Assembly: GCF_009834535.1 (NCBI RefSeq)
Contig: NC_045696.1
Span: forward strand, 55,926,001-55,990,000
Origin: Camelus ferus
Taxonomy: Eukaryota
Direction of reading: 5' to 3'
DNA: 64,000 nt
Shown: in pieces, positions 50,705 through 61,931 of the stretch
Layout of the letters: each line of letters starts with the position of its first letter
Numbering within the stretch: position 1 is the stretch's first letter
The notes under the pieces: model-generated
Seen by the model: the letters and a program-made list of their open reading frames with translations, nothing else
Told to the model about the DNA's origin: nothing
Database searches by the model: none
Translations under genes and position numbers: made by a program

Positions 50705-50823
50705 CCAGGGATATTTTTTTTTTAATGAATTATAAATACTTTTTTATTTATCAAAGTTCAAAGAACTCCCAAAGTTACTGAATCTTCATTTTTCAGGAAT
50801 CATTCATTCTCAGAGCAGACCAC
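50705..50823 (-). other. COX17: COX17 exon 3 (non-coding 3'UTR exon); 3' end approximate
   Basis: Acceptor tttttctctag|gtggtctgct; resembles the recalled COX17 3'UTR (ttcctgaa...tttgggagttctttga...aaagtatttataat); AATAAA at 50743-50748 and ATTAAA at 50721-50726 on minus. Confidence 0.8.
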
Positions 50824-53800
50824 CTAGAGAAAAACACATATTTTAGAAAGTCAGGTTTCAAGCATAATGCCAGACCTATGGAGTCAGTGAATTATGATAC
50901 TAGAAATGAATGCCTCAGCCAAGTACTATTAACTAACTGCCACAATCATTCTAAACCAGTCTTGAAACAAAAGATCTGCATTTTAAAATTCTAGTTTTAA
51001 CTAAAAACATCACAGAAACTTCAATCCATTACAATGTTTAATCTTTAGAAGTCTTTGTTGAAGTAAAAACTACATAATTATTTATTTTCTCAAAAATATC
51101 TCCCCCAAAAGGCTAGGGCAGTTTATTTTTAAAGATATTCAAGAGAAGAGACTTGCAAACACTCCCTACTGATTCAAGTATGTTTGGCAAAGATCCACAA
51201 AGTGGAGCAGAAGGTCAGCTCTGTACAAGAGGCATTTCCTGTGGAAAGTTACTCACTCAACCTCAAGGGCAAAGTAAGGGTAACCCTTTTGAAATTCATT
51301 TGGAAAGATCAAAAAGACAAGAGTAGCAGAGGATAAGGTTGCTGGTCTAGTCAGTCAGTACCAGGCTTCTCTCCAGACAGCTTGCACCCACCCCCACCCC
51401 CAGTCCCTGTCCCAGAAGACGGGAACAACATGCTAGAAAGGTAACAGTAATTTGGGGAGCCATCTCTTCAAGTCTAATGTAAATTCTCCCCTCACCCTAG
51501 CTATTTCCTGCATTTGGTTTAGAAAAGATAAGCCTCATCAACAATATAAACATAAACATATAAATTCTCTCTCCTCTAAAAGGCTCAAAGAATACATTTA
51601 AAGATAACCAAAACTGAAGGCACTCAACATTTCAAGAAAACAGCACTCTATAGTATTGCTCTTTTGTTACTGACTAAAGTCAGGAGGGGCTACCTGCTGA
51701 AAGCCTCTGGGTATAAAGTCCTTGACAGAAGAGACCCTGTCTCTTCTCGTCTTGGCATTTTCTAGAGCCTTAAACAATAGATATCTATTGAACGAATAAA
51801 TGTTCAAATAGCAGTAATGACCCTTTTCCTTGACTCTCAAGATCGTATTTTCATACATCATCAGTTGTGTGTGTGTGCATGTGTGTGAAATCAGCATATT
51901 TTAAGCATACTTTAACCAACTATTAAATTCAATTAAACTTAATAAATAGCCTGGGTATCACATCACCACTCAGTGCCAGTACTTTAATTTCTTTCAATTA
52001 TTTTAGCCCTCAACTGGGTTCTCCAGGTTCCTCCTGGCTCCTAAAGGGAGAAGATACTAGCTGCCCTTTCCTCTTTGCATTTCTAAGCAGGTTCTAGGTT
52101 CCTCTAGTTTCTTTTTCAGTAAAAGAAGCAGTCATAAGATAGAAGTGTCTAAAATCACCACCATCATACACCTATTTTTCCTTAGGAGTAGTTTTCCAGT
52201 CTCTGCTTTTGCTCCTATTAAATCTTTAGACAGTTTATATTTAGCATTATCACTGCTACTTCTTCAGCTTAAGCCAGTGGTTCTTAAAGAAAGGGCACTT
52301 GAAAATTATCTAGGGGTTTCTGAATCAACAGGTTCAGAGTGCGACCCAGGCCTGTGAAATCTGAAAACATTCCTCAGGTGATTATAAAGTAGACCTGTGG
52401 CTGAATGTAGCTTACTTCCATATTAAGCCCAATTTACTGGATTCAAGGTACAATTAAGATCTATCTTATTTAGAAAATAATATTGAAATCTACAAAGGTT
52501 TTTGAATTAAGGAATTTTCATGATCATTACTGGGAAGATCTAAGATCGCAAAATCTTCTTCCTTTGAAGCTACCCTCAGAAAAATGTTGTCTAATAGTCT
52601 AAGAGGTATCAATTTAGTTAAATTTATCTTGTAACAGTGTAGATAGTAGTGTTGGATTTTACCCTATAGCCACTGACCTGGTTACGTACATCTATGCATT
52701 TCAACAACAGGTGTTTGCAATTAGCATCCATAATAAAGTTTTAGGATTGAAGTTCAAGACTATGTGTAATCCTAAATATGAATATGTTGGCAATAAAATC
52801 TCATTAAGTGCAAGGAATGAAATGTAAAGCACTTGCAATCTGTAGAGTTAAAAAATCTAGATTCTAGTTTTAACTCCACCACTTATCTGTTCTAAACTTG
52901 ATCGAGTTTTTTTTTGACCTCACGGTCCCTCCATTTCCCCATGGGGGTTGGGGAAATAGGACACCTGGGACCAGTGCAGGTCCAAACACTTGTTCCTTTT
53001 CCAAAAGTATTAGTATGCTGAAAATAAAGATATGACATTTTGAATTCTTAGAAAGGTCCTGGGTGGTTTCTTCTTTTTGTAAACAAGATTCAAAAATACA
53101 TGATCAGGACATATATTAAACACACTTAAATAGAATGTCTGCTATCTATAACTCCCAAGATATGGCTATTCTGTTCTGGTTTCTCTCTGACAGTTTACAA
53201 AGCCAATTCATACATACATCATTTAATCATCATAATGACTCTATGAAGTAATTTAGTCATGTATTATTATCTCTCCTTTACATGTGAGGAAACAAAGGTT
53301 CAGAAAATTAATGACTTGCCTTAGACCACACAGTCAGTTAAATATCAGGTCTTTTAAGTCCAAAGCTCCTGCATTTTCACTTATACACAAATGAAGTACC
53401 TAGGAATCACTCTCGCTGTCCCAACGACATAAAGAAAACCATGATTATCTTCTGGTCCTGGTGAATATATGCTACTTGTATCAATAATTGTACCACCTTT
53501 GTGGTCCACATAACGTCCTAGAGAAAGTTTTGATGCTCCTAAAATCAGCATTTAAAAAAAGTTCCCCTTTTTATCAAGGCAGGCTCTACCCTAAGCAACA
53601 GCTTATACAACTGCTTAGGAAGAAAGTTAGATTAGGAACAAGGAAATCATGCACAAATGTTCAGATTCTATGTCTCTGAAATAATCAGTAGGAATACTTA
53701 TACTTTTTAAGTCCACCTCCCCACAACCATATTTACTTGTTTTACAAAATGATTCACCTTGGGATCTCTTTAAGTAACCATCTAATCTAAAAGACACTTA

Positions 53801-54504
53801 AGTATATCTTGTATACACAGATCTATCATACCACATATAAAAATCACAAATTATAGTTCCTTTTTATAAATGAAAAAGTGAAATCCAGACAGGATTAATG
53901 TCTTGATGAATGTTAAATGTAGCTGAAGTTAAACGCGTGCTAAACTAGACAGCAGGAGGACCAACATGAAGCCTCAGGCCTTGCAGCCTAGACTGTTTTC
54001 CACTACGCAGTGATACTTCTTATCAGCTGGGGACAGGTTCCTTATCCCTCCTTTTTCACCACTCAGTGAGGAAGACGGGTCACATGTGAAATTCCAAAGA
54101 GGCAGGAAAGAGGTGAGAGGGAAAGAAGCCAGGCTCTCTGCTACTCTCACACTGGTGTGCAGCTCTGGCATTCTCTCTCAGCTATTACTAAGTTCAAGGT
54201 GGTGGGGCGGTGCGGGTGCTCCGGGAGTGGGGGTACCAAGCGGAGGGAGTCTGTCTGGGGTCACGGGTTCCCGTTCTAACCTGGCTTACCCACCTCGGGA
54301 GTCACTTCACACCTCTAGGACTCAGTTTCCTCATTTACTTATTTATGTAATTAACAACGTCCTATTGAGCACCTATTATGTGCCAGGCACTGTCGCAGGT
54401 CCTGGAGATATAACAGTGAGTGAAATAGAAAATTCCTACTATCTCAGAACTTACATTCTAGTTGGAGTAAAGCAATGCAGATGATAAAATAAATATAAAA
54501 CATG

Positions 54505-54694
54505 CAGGCAATGGTGTAGAGTAACCACTAGCCACATGTGGCTATTAAAAATGAAAATTAAATAAAACAATAAACTCAGTCCCTCAGTTTTACCAGCCAC
54601 ACTTCAAGGGCTCCGGAGCCACCATGGCTAGTGCCACCTACTGCAGAGCACAGTGTGGGGCATTTTAGCAGGGAAAGCTCTACTGGACAGTGCT
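54505..54694. mobile_element. MER3-like hAT-Charlie MITE within an L2
   Basis: ccactagccacatgtggctatt...ccagccacacttcaag...gaaagctctactggacagtgctg. Confidence 0.7.
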
Positions 54695-55426
54695 GGGACC
54701 GAGGGACGGGGAAGGGGTGCTCTTTCAGGTGGAATGTTGAGGGAAAGCCTCTCTAATTTGGAGACTTGAGAAGAGACCTGAATGAACTGAGGGAGAGAGT
54801 CAAGTTGCTACACGAAGTTAGAGGTTCCAAACAAAAGAAAATCGTTTATTTGTGGTACTGTTGTATACACATCACTTAAGGTCCCTTTTAGCATTAAAGT
54901 CTGAATTCAAAGTTCCTCAAAAAATGGTCTGAAGTTATTAGAATAAAGCGTGATACAAAAGAAATAGCAACAATTCCATTTTGTTTTGCAGAAAGCAATG
55001 CTTCCATGAGCTGCCTATTCCATATTTAAAAGGACTTACTGAAGCACAGAATTATAAACAAAAAAAGAGGCCACTGCCCTTTTAGTTCCTTTAAGTCAGA
55101 CCACTGAATATTTTGAACTTCCTAACCCATGATTCCTTCTGTCTCTAACATAACTCAAAACTTTTGTCAAGCTGTTTCTTGAAAGCTAAATTCTCCCCTT
55201 CCCAAATCCACTGAACACCTCTCAATTTATTAGCATCCCTTCCTCCCTACATTAGAAACTGAAGTTATTTTTTTAGTGATACTTAAGCATGTTAGATTAG
55301 CCAAGTGAATGACCTTTCAGACAGAATGCTGCCCAGTGACTTCTAAATCTGTAAAGCAATACAGAGAGTTGAAGCAATTAGCTTATGTTACCACCTTCCC
55401 AATCAGAAAGTACCATGCTCACCATT

Positions 55427-55511
55427 TCATATCTTAAATCCCAGGGCTCTCATGCACTCCTTGTGGGCCTCAATTAGGTGTCCACAGTGCTCTTCTCCTT
55501 TCTCAATGATG
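55427..55511 (-). CDS. COX17: COX17 exon 2 coding part: (C)[27 protein letters not shown]
   Basis: Acceptor ttttatag| at 55512; TGA at 55427-55429; donor |gtgagc 4 nt after the stop (exon ends 55423); completes the twin CX9C motif. Confidence 0.97.
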
Positions 55512-55517
55512 CTATAA

Positions 55518-55565
55518 AACAAAAGGTACTTGTCATCTAACAAAAGGTACTTGTCATCTAACAAA
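55518..55565. repeat. Perfect 21-bp tandem duplication (AACAAAAGGTACTTGTCATCT x2 plus partial third copy)
   Basis: Copies at 55518-55538 and 55539-55559, then AACAAA. Confidence 0.95.
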
Positions 55566-57189
55566 CAAACCTGATAGGCATTAAGCACATTAGTAGCAAA
55601 TAAGCATGCATGAGAGTGATGAGGAATGATGGGTCTGATGGAATGTAGCTGAGTTTTAAAAAATGCTATTATACCAAATGGCTTTGTTTTTATTGGCTCT
55701 TCTGATATTTCCTTGCCCAAGAAGATGTTCCACAGAAAACTAGTTGGGGGGGGGGGGTAAGGAGGGGTCTGATTAGAAGAAATAATTATGCATATCAAAT
55801 ATTAGCTCTAGACAATATCCAAGGAATAATACTGCTATATAATGAAATAGACTGAATAAAAGATTAACGTTAAATGAAGAACAGAAAGAAGAGCTTAATT
55901 TTTTGCCTATCATAGAGGAATTAAATTTCTGACTCTGCCCTACATTCAAATACACCTAAATAATTCTACTTTTAATCCCAAGACTCCCAACACAAATAGC
56001 AAAAAACACCTGGCAGCCAAGAGCAGCCTGATGAGCCCCACTCATGATGATCAAAGAACTTTTTACTTATAAAATTTACAAAGGAAAGACTTATTTCTGG
56101 GGCCTGAAAATGTAGTTTTATCAAAGAATCAAGTTAAGCCGGATTCAATTACAAGAAAATACCGACTCCTGAATATAGATATTTGGGGAGAAGCCACAGT
56201 GGTGAGAGGCAATTGATGCAGAAGTAGTTAAAGGGTAGGTTTTCCTTCCGTCTAAAACTTACACATCCTTCAACAGCTCAAGGGCTGTCTGCCTGGGATA
56301 GCAAGCTCCTTATGAAAACAGCTGGCCCTCCCTGATCATTTATTGAAGGCTGTAAACACTGTGCTAGGCACGTGATGTTGCTTACAGTAGTAAGCTTTAC
56401 AGTAATCCTGGAGGCACTACTGTTATTAGGCCCATTTTATAGACATGAGGCAGATATGTTCAATAATTTGCTCAAGGTCACAAAGTTGGTGGACCGGGTT
56501 TCAAACCTTGACACTGGATCCCAGGCTCTTAATCATGATACGATACTATATAAAGGTTCAGTAAGCACTTACTGTCACTGTGGAAGCATAATATCAGATT
56601 TTAGTCTCAGTTCTCCCTTCAGAGTGTTATTGCAAAGTATTGAATATTAATAAAAAGGACTGAGCTCTCACAACTCTTATTCCCCCACTATGTCACTTAC
56701 GATTTCTTTACTTTTTATGTGAGGACAAAAAGGGGCTGGAGAAAGTACATTCACATTATCTGAAGATTCCTTCTAAGATTTGTTTCACATAAGAGACTAT
56801 ATATAGTAAGAAAAAACCTTTTGCGGGTTGATGGTAATCTAGATGTACTGTTCTGAACACTATAAAGTCACCTACGTCATAGCCTGGTTGATTTTTAACT
56901 CATCTACATAAAGGAGGGAGTTGTAGAGGGGGTCTTCTGTATTGTTAAGAAACGTACCCCGTGTCCTACTATGTTTAAATTTGGGGAGAGATTAACAGAA
57001 AACTTCTACTCTTTGATCTTGCTAAATCTTGTATCATAGTCCATACCACGTGGTATAGCAATCATTGGTATATGCCTCCATTAACTTCAAGCATCTCTAA
57101 ATCAAGTAGCATCTTTACCCATTCCTACCTAAGGCATTACTTGACCCGTAACAGATGCTCAAAAAAACCCTTTGCAGGAAGGAATGAGT

Positions 57190-57830
57190 GGATGACGCGA
57201 GCCCGAGCCAATCTGACCTCTCTCCTGGACTGAGCTAGGGACTCACTCAAGAGACAGCCGACTGCGAAGCCTAGCGGGCCCTCTAACCCTCAACGGCACC
57301 GCACGGCAAAGCGAGGTCGCGGGGCAGAGGCGCCCGAGGCAGCGCGCGGAGCCTGCGGCCGCCCCCTCCCCAACTGCGCACTGACCACGCATCGCGAGCC
57401 TTCTTGGTTTCCGGGCAGGCGCAGCAGGGCTTCAGCGGCTTCTTCTCCTGCGACTCAGAAGGGGCAGGGCTGGCGGCCGCCAGACCCGGCATTTTTGGCG
57501 CCGAAAGCAGCAACTAGCACACCCTGAACTCTCGGTAATTGCCGATTCGCCTGCAGTCACTTCCAACAGGGACTCCAAAAAACAGGAAGTCCTGCCTCCC
57601 TCTGACAAATGGGGCGGAAGAGAGGAAAAGAAGGGACTGGGAAAAAGCGCGCGTGCGCGGAAGAGGCTACGTTAGGTACTAAGCCGGGGGCGATTCCGGC
57701 GCAGAAGCAGAGGTGAGACGGAAGTGCGGCGGGCTTGGAAATCAGCGAAGAATGAAAGTAAGTAAGGCAGCTCAGAGATCTCGCACCCTACGCCCACTAC
57801 GAATGTCAAAAACCGAAGCCCAAGAAGGTG
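57190..57830. promoter_or_regulatory. COX17: CpG-island promoter of COX17 with NRF1-like and ETS/GABPA motifs
   Basis: High CpG density; GCGCGCGTGCGC at about 57648-57659; several (C)GGAAG(T) motifs at about 57585, 57615, 57658, 57719 and ACTTCC at about 57559; typical of nuclear OXPHOS genes. Confidence 0.85.
57386..57492 (-). CDS. COX17: Cytochrome c oxidase copper chaperone COX17 exon 1: [35 protein letters not shown](C); 63 aa total
   Basis: ATG at 57492; KPCCAC copper-binding motif; donor |gtcagt after 57386; 107 nt, phase 2. Confidence 0.97.
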
Positions 57831-58729
57831 AAATGACTTGCCCACGCTGAAGAAGAGAAACCACTGGTGAAAGTCAGTTCTTCTTGAGTAACAGATTCGT
57901 TTCCCATGTTTTATGCTCCACATTATCTGCCTTCTTATTGTCCCCCCTCCCCTCCATCGCTGATCCAGTTTAAAGAGTAGCGAAGACTTTTAAACTCTCC
58001 AATCTACAAGTTTTGGGGGAGAGGGGGTATTCCCCAACTATTCATGCCTCATCCCACACGCTTTAAATCCTCAGCTAATTGGTGTTTATAGCTCCCTCCA
58101 ACTGATTGATTTCAGTAGGGAATGTCCAATCATTGGACAAATATACTGGTTAGTAAATCTGAAAAGTGCCTTTCCTTGTCATTTCTCAAATTCAGTTAAT
58201 ACCTACCTACCTACCTAGGTAGCTAAGTAGATTGGTGCCTACGTTATTCGCAATAGAAAGGATATAACCACTGGGTTTTTTCCTGCAGAGAATTTTTGGA
58301 GGAAGAATAAACTTTTTTTTAAAATCAGGACTTCTGGACATTGTTTAAATAGCTGCCTAGGGATAGATATTAGGGGTAATCAAACTTTCAGTATCATCTA
58401 GGAAGTCTGCTTTTGTATTTCAGAGATTTAGCTCAGGGAATCCTGAGGTGCGTCTGTGAACTGGTGCTGTGTATCTTCCAAGTTACTAAGACTGTCCCCA
58501 TTTTGTCATCTAAAAACTACTGATAAGCATGATTTTTTACTTCATTTTGGATTGCTATGTTTAACAATACAACACACTGCCCTTACATTCTCCTAAATTC
58601 ACCCTTATCCACTATTATTAGTTCTTTCAACTAGCTGTTCACCCCCATTGTTCAATATCTTGCTACTCAAACAGTGCTTCTTGAACTAGCAATATCAACA
58701 TCACTTGGAAATGTAATATGTAATAAACA

Positions 58730-60670
58730 CAGTTCAACAAATCAATGGGGAAAAGAAAACAAACTGGAAAAAAAATAAATTAATAGAAGAGAGTAGAGGA
58801 AATTATCTTTATACCAAGGGATGGGGAACAACCTATTTGACAACATTTCAAAAGCACAAATTGTAAGTTAAAAAACTGATGAAGTTAATTTCATGAAAAT
58901 AAAGGCTTGAGGATTTACAAAGGATGTATTAAGTTAATTAAACTGTCACCCATACCTGCCTCTGCGAGCTAAAGGATCCTTGCCTTGATTTATCTTTGTG
59001 TTGATTTCAAAGCACCTAGTATTTGCAAAAATGTTTTACAGCTGTGCTTCAACAGATGTGCAATGGTCAACCAACCTGAATCGGCTCTGACTTGACCACA
59101 GGAACAGTTTCTGTGCAGATGAAGCCTGGAAGAGTCCAAAAGTTACCTTTGCTGCATTACTATGCTCAGTCTCTACCCGGGGAGAGACTTGCACTTTGCT
59201 AGGCACAATTCATGCAGTGTGCAAAGAAGCATGGAAGACTGCACATGCCCCAGCTGCCCCTGGAAATCTTCGCCCCTTTCCTAGAGCTCTTGACCCTTTA
59301 AAATTCCTTTACTTCCCCCACCCCCTGGGGGAGAAGGTATACTTAGAGTGTGAGCTCTCTTTTCTGTATCCCTTGATCAGTTAATACACTTTCTAATCTG
59401 CTATACTAAACACAGTTTCATTTGATTGGCATTTGTGACTCTGGGCAAAAGACCCATTGAGGGGGTCGCCAACACATTGGGGATCTGTAACAAAATAAGG
59501 AGGCCATTAGACTGAGGTGGCCCTAATGCCATTGCAACCTACATAAGCAAACCAAAATTTAAGCCTATCAATGCCTCAAGGTTACAAAATCAAAATGCTA
59601 AAGGCAACCAATCACAAGCTGCTAACTAGGCTTTCCGGTCTCCCACCTTTTTCTATAAAAGCCTCTTATTGATGAAACTTTCCTAACCACTTCTGGTGTG
59701 GTGCTGTCTGGTTAGAATCAATTTTTGCTTAAATAAACTCTTAAAAATTTTAATATGCCTCAGTGTCCTGTAACAGATACTGTAGACAAAGTTAACAAAT
59801 AGATGACAAAATGATAAAAGGTATTTGAAATATCTAAATCCAACAAAGGATTAATGTCTAGAATATTTAAGGAAATTGTAGAAAGTAACAATAAGAGAAT
59901 TGCAACCCCAGTAGAAAAATAGAGAAGAGATGTGAACAGACAATATATAGAAGCAGAAATATTCATTTTTTGTTTGTTTCTCTGCTTATTTAAGAGAGGA
60001 GAATGTGTAGAATACATAGAAGAGAAAACTCAAGGTCAACATGCACAAAAAGAGATGTTTCAAGAGTACAGTCATAAAAATGGAAAATAAAACAAAGAGG
60101 TTATCACCTTATACCCATTAGACTGAAATTAGAAAACTGGATAATGCCAAGTACCAGTGAGTATGCAGGAATCCCTGGGAATGCAGACTGGTCTTGCCAT
60201 TTTCAAAGGCAGTTAGGCAGTATCCAGTTGATTTAAGAATAGGTGCATATCCTATGACTCAGCAATTTTATTCCTGGATCTATATTCTAAAGAACTTTCC
60301 AGCAAGTCCACAAAGGAACATGTATGGGGTTCATTGTCACAGCATATTCATGTAACAGGGAACTGGAGGCAATCTGGAGGTGGAGAGGGAAATGTGGAGT
60401 ACAGGGTCCAAATTAGAAGAAGTTGACAACATGTACACATAGTAACATGGACACATTCTTTAAATAGTGTAGATAGTGGGGAAAAGTCAGAAAGAGAATA
60501 GCTACATAGCCTAATACTATTTGCATAAATTTAAAGAAGGGGTACAAGAACACACGTATACATAAGGACACATGTGTGAAATGATTTGCTTTAAACAGAA
60601 TGGATGCCTATAAGGAGAGGCAAGTGAGGGTAGAGAATGGAGATAAATGAAATAAATAAAGTGTCCTTGC
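58730..60670 (+). mobile_element. Old L1M fragment interrupted by LTR sequences (about 58925-59775)
   Basis: L1 motifs either side (atccaacaaaggattaatgtctagaatatttaagga; catatcctatgactcagcaattttattcctgg). Confidence 0.7.
59486..59775 (+). mobile_element. ERV1-type solo LTR, with another LTR-like segment immediately upstream (about 58925-59474)
   Basis: TGTAACA...TAACA termini, CCAAT, TATAAAA and AATAAA inside; ggaggccattagactgagg start resembles ERV1 LTRs. Confidence 0.65.
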
Positions 60671-61356
60671 AGGGACCAATGACAACAATGTGTCATGGAC
60701 AGAGAAGGACAATTAAGTCAGTTATCTGCACCTGAGGACCAAGGAAAACTGCTGGTTGCAGCTTGCTACATGCAGTTTGGAAAACACTGCTTTATGGGGT
60801 AGAAATTGAATTTAATTATTTAATATCCTCTCTCACTACACTTTTAGGTAGTGTGGAAAGTTTTATTCTTAGGGTTTAGGTCACTTCCTTGCTTTTAAGA
60901 AAAACAGTCATGTTGTCATAAATAGATATTGGGACTTCCTAGAAGGTGTGTGGTCCTCTTGTCATACTCATTTTGGTTCCCCCAACAGTGGTTTTAGCAC
61001 ATGGTAGACACGGCATAAATGCTTTTTACTCAGACAAATTGGTCCCCAAAAGCTTTATTTTGGCCTGTTGCTGCCAAGAATCTAGAAGTACTTTTTTTTT
61101 CCATAGAAAGATCTCTCTTACCTTAAATAAGCAGAGAAACAAAGAGAAAATATTGTTCAAGTTTATTTTCCCTTTTAGTACTGTCTAATAACTTTTATTG
61201 GTGCTGATAATTATTAATAGAGAAGCCTGATTTTTTAAAATGTGCCCACTTAGAATGAATATTCAATTGAAATGGCAACATAATCTTCAGCTCCAATGCT
61301 TTCCAAATATATAGGACTGTTGAGTTTGTGAACCATCATTTAATCTCTACCATAGG

Positions 61357-61931
61357 TGTGAAAACGAGCAGGACCCTTTGAGGCCCTCCCGGGGCCTAAA
61401 GACTTTCCATGTCCCCTGTTTCTTGTTTGTAGGAAAAAGGCTTCCTCCTCCTAGACGTTTGCTGAGTCCCAGAGGACAGATTCATCAAACAGTTAGTGAT
61501 TAGAACAATAGGGTTACAGGACTCCTAGCCCTTCCTGAAGGCGTACATAACAATCTGATACATATCTGGGCTTGGTTACAGGAAGTAAGGCCCCCACCCA
61601 GGTGGGGGTTGATAACTTCGGTCTGAGTACAAGCACCTGGCCCCCAGACTGATTAGAACCAGGAGGCTGATGATCAAGATTACTGGAACACCACCCTGTT
61701 ACCTTACCACCAACCAATTAAAAAAAAAAAAAAAAGCCCACATCCTGCAGTGCTCCCTGCAAATTTGCCTCGAAAAACTCTTCTCTGAAGCCGAGTTCAG
61801 GTCTTTTGAGCTTGAAATGCTCGTTCTCCTTGCTTGGTCCCTGCAATAAACATTTCTCTGTACCAAACAATGACATTTCGGTTTGTTTGGCCTCACTGTG
61901 TGTCAGGCACACGAACTTGGGTTCAGTAACA
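61357..61931 (+). mobile_element. ERV solo LTR inserted into a MIR
   Basis: TG...TAACA termini, CCAAT, caataaacatttctct poly(A) signal, ttggcctcactgtg...cacgaacttgggttcagtaaca end; MIR sequence resumes after 61931. Confidence 0.75.

Noticed and set aside
55427..55798. 123-aa ORF as an N-terminally extended COX17 with an LLDDKYL repeat
   Set aside because: Only the last 27 codons are exonic; the repeat comes from the intronic 21-bp duplication.
56044..56107. ATGATGA...CTGA resembling a C/D-box snoRNA
   Set aside because: Antisense to the host COX17 intron, no proper terminal stem outside the boxes, and no recognisable guide sequence.
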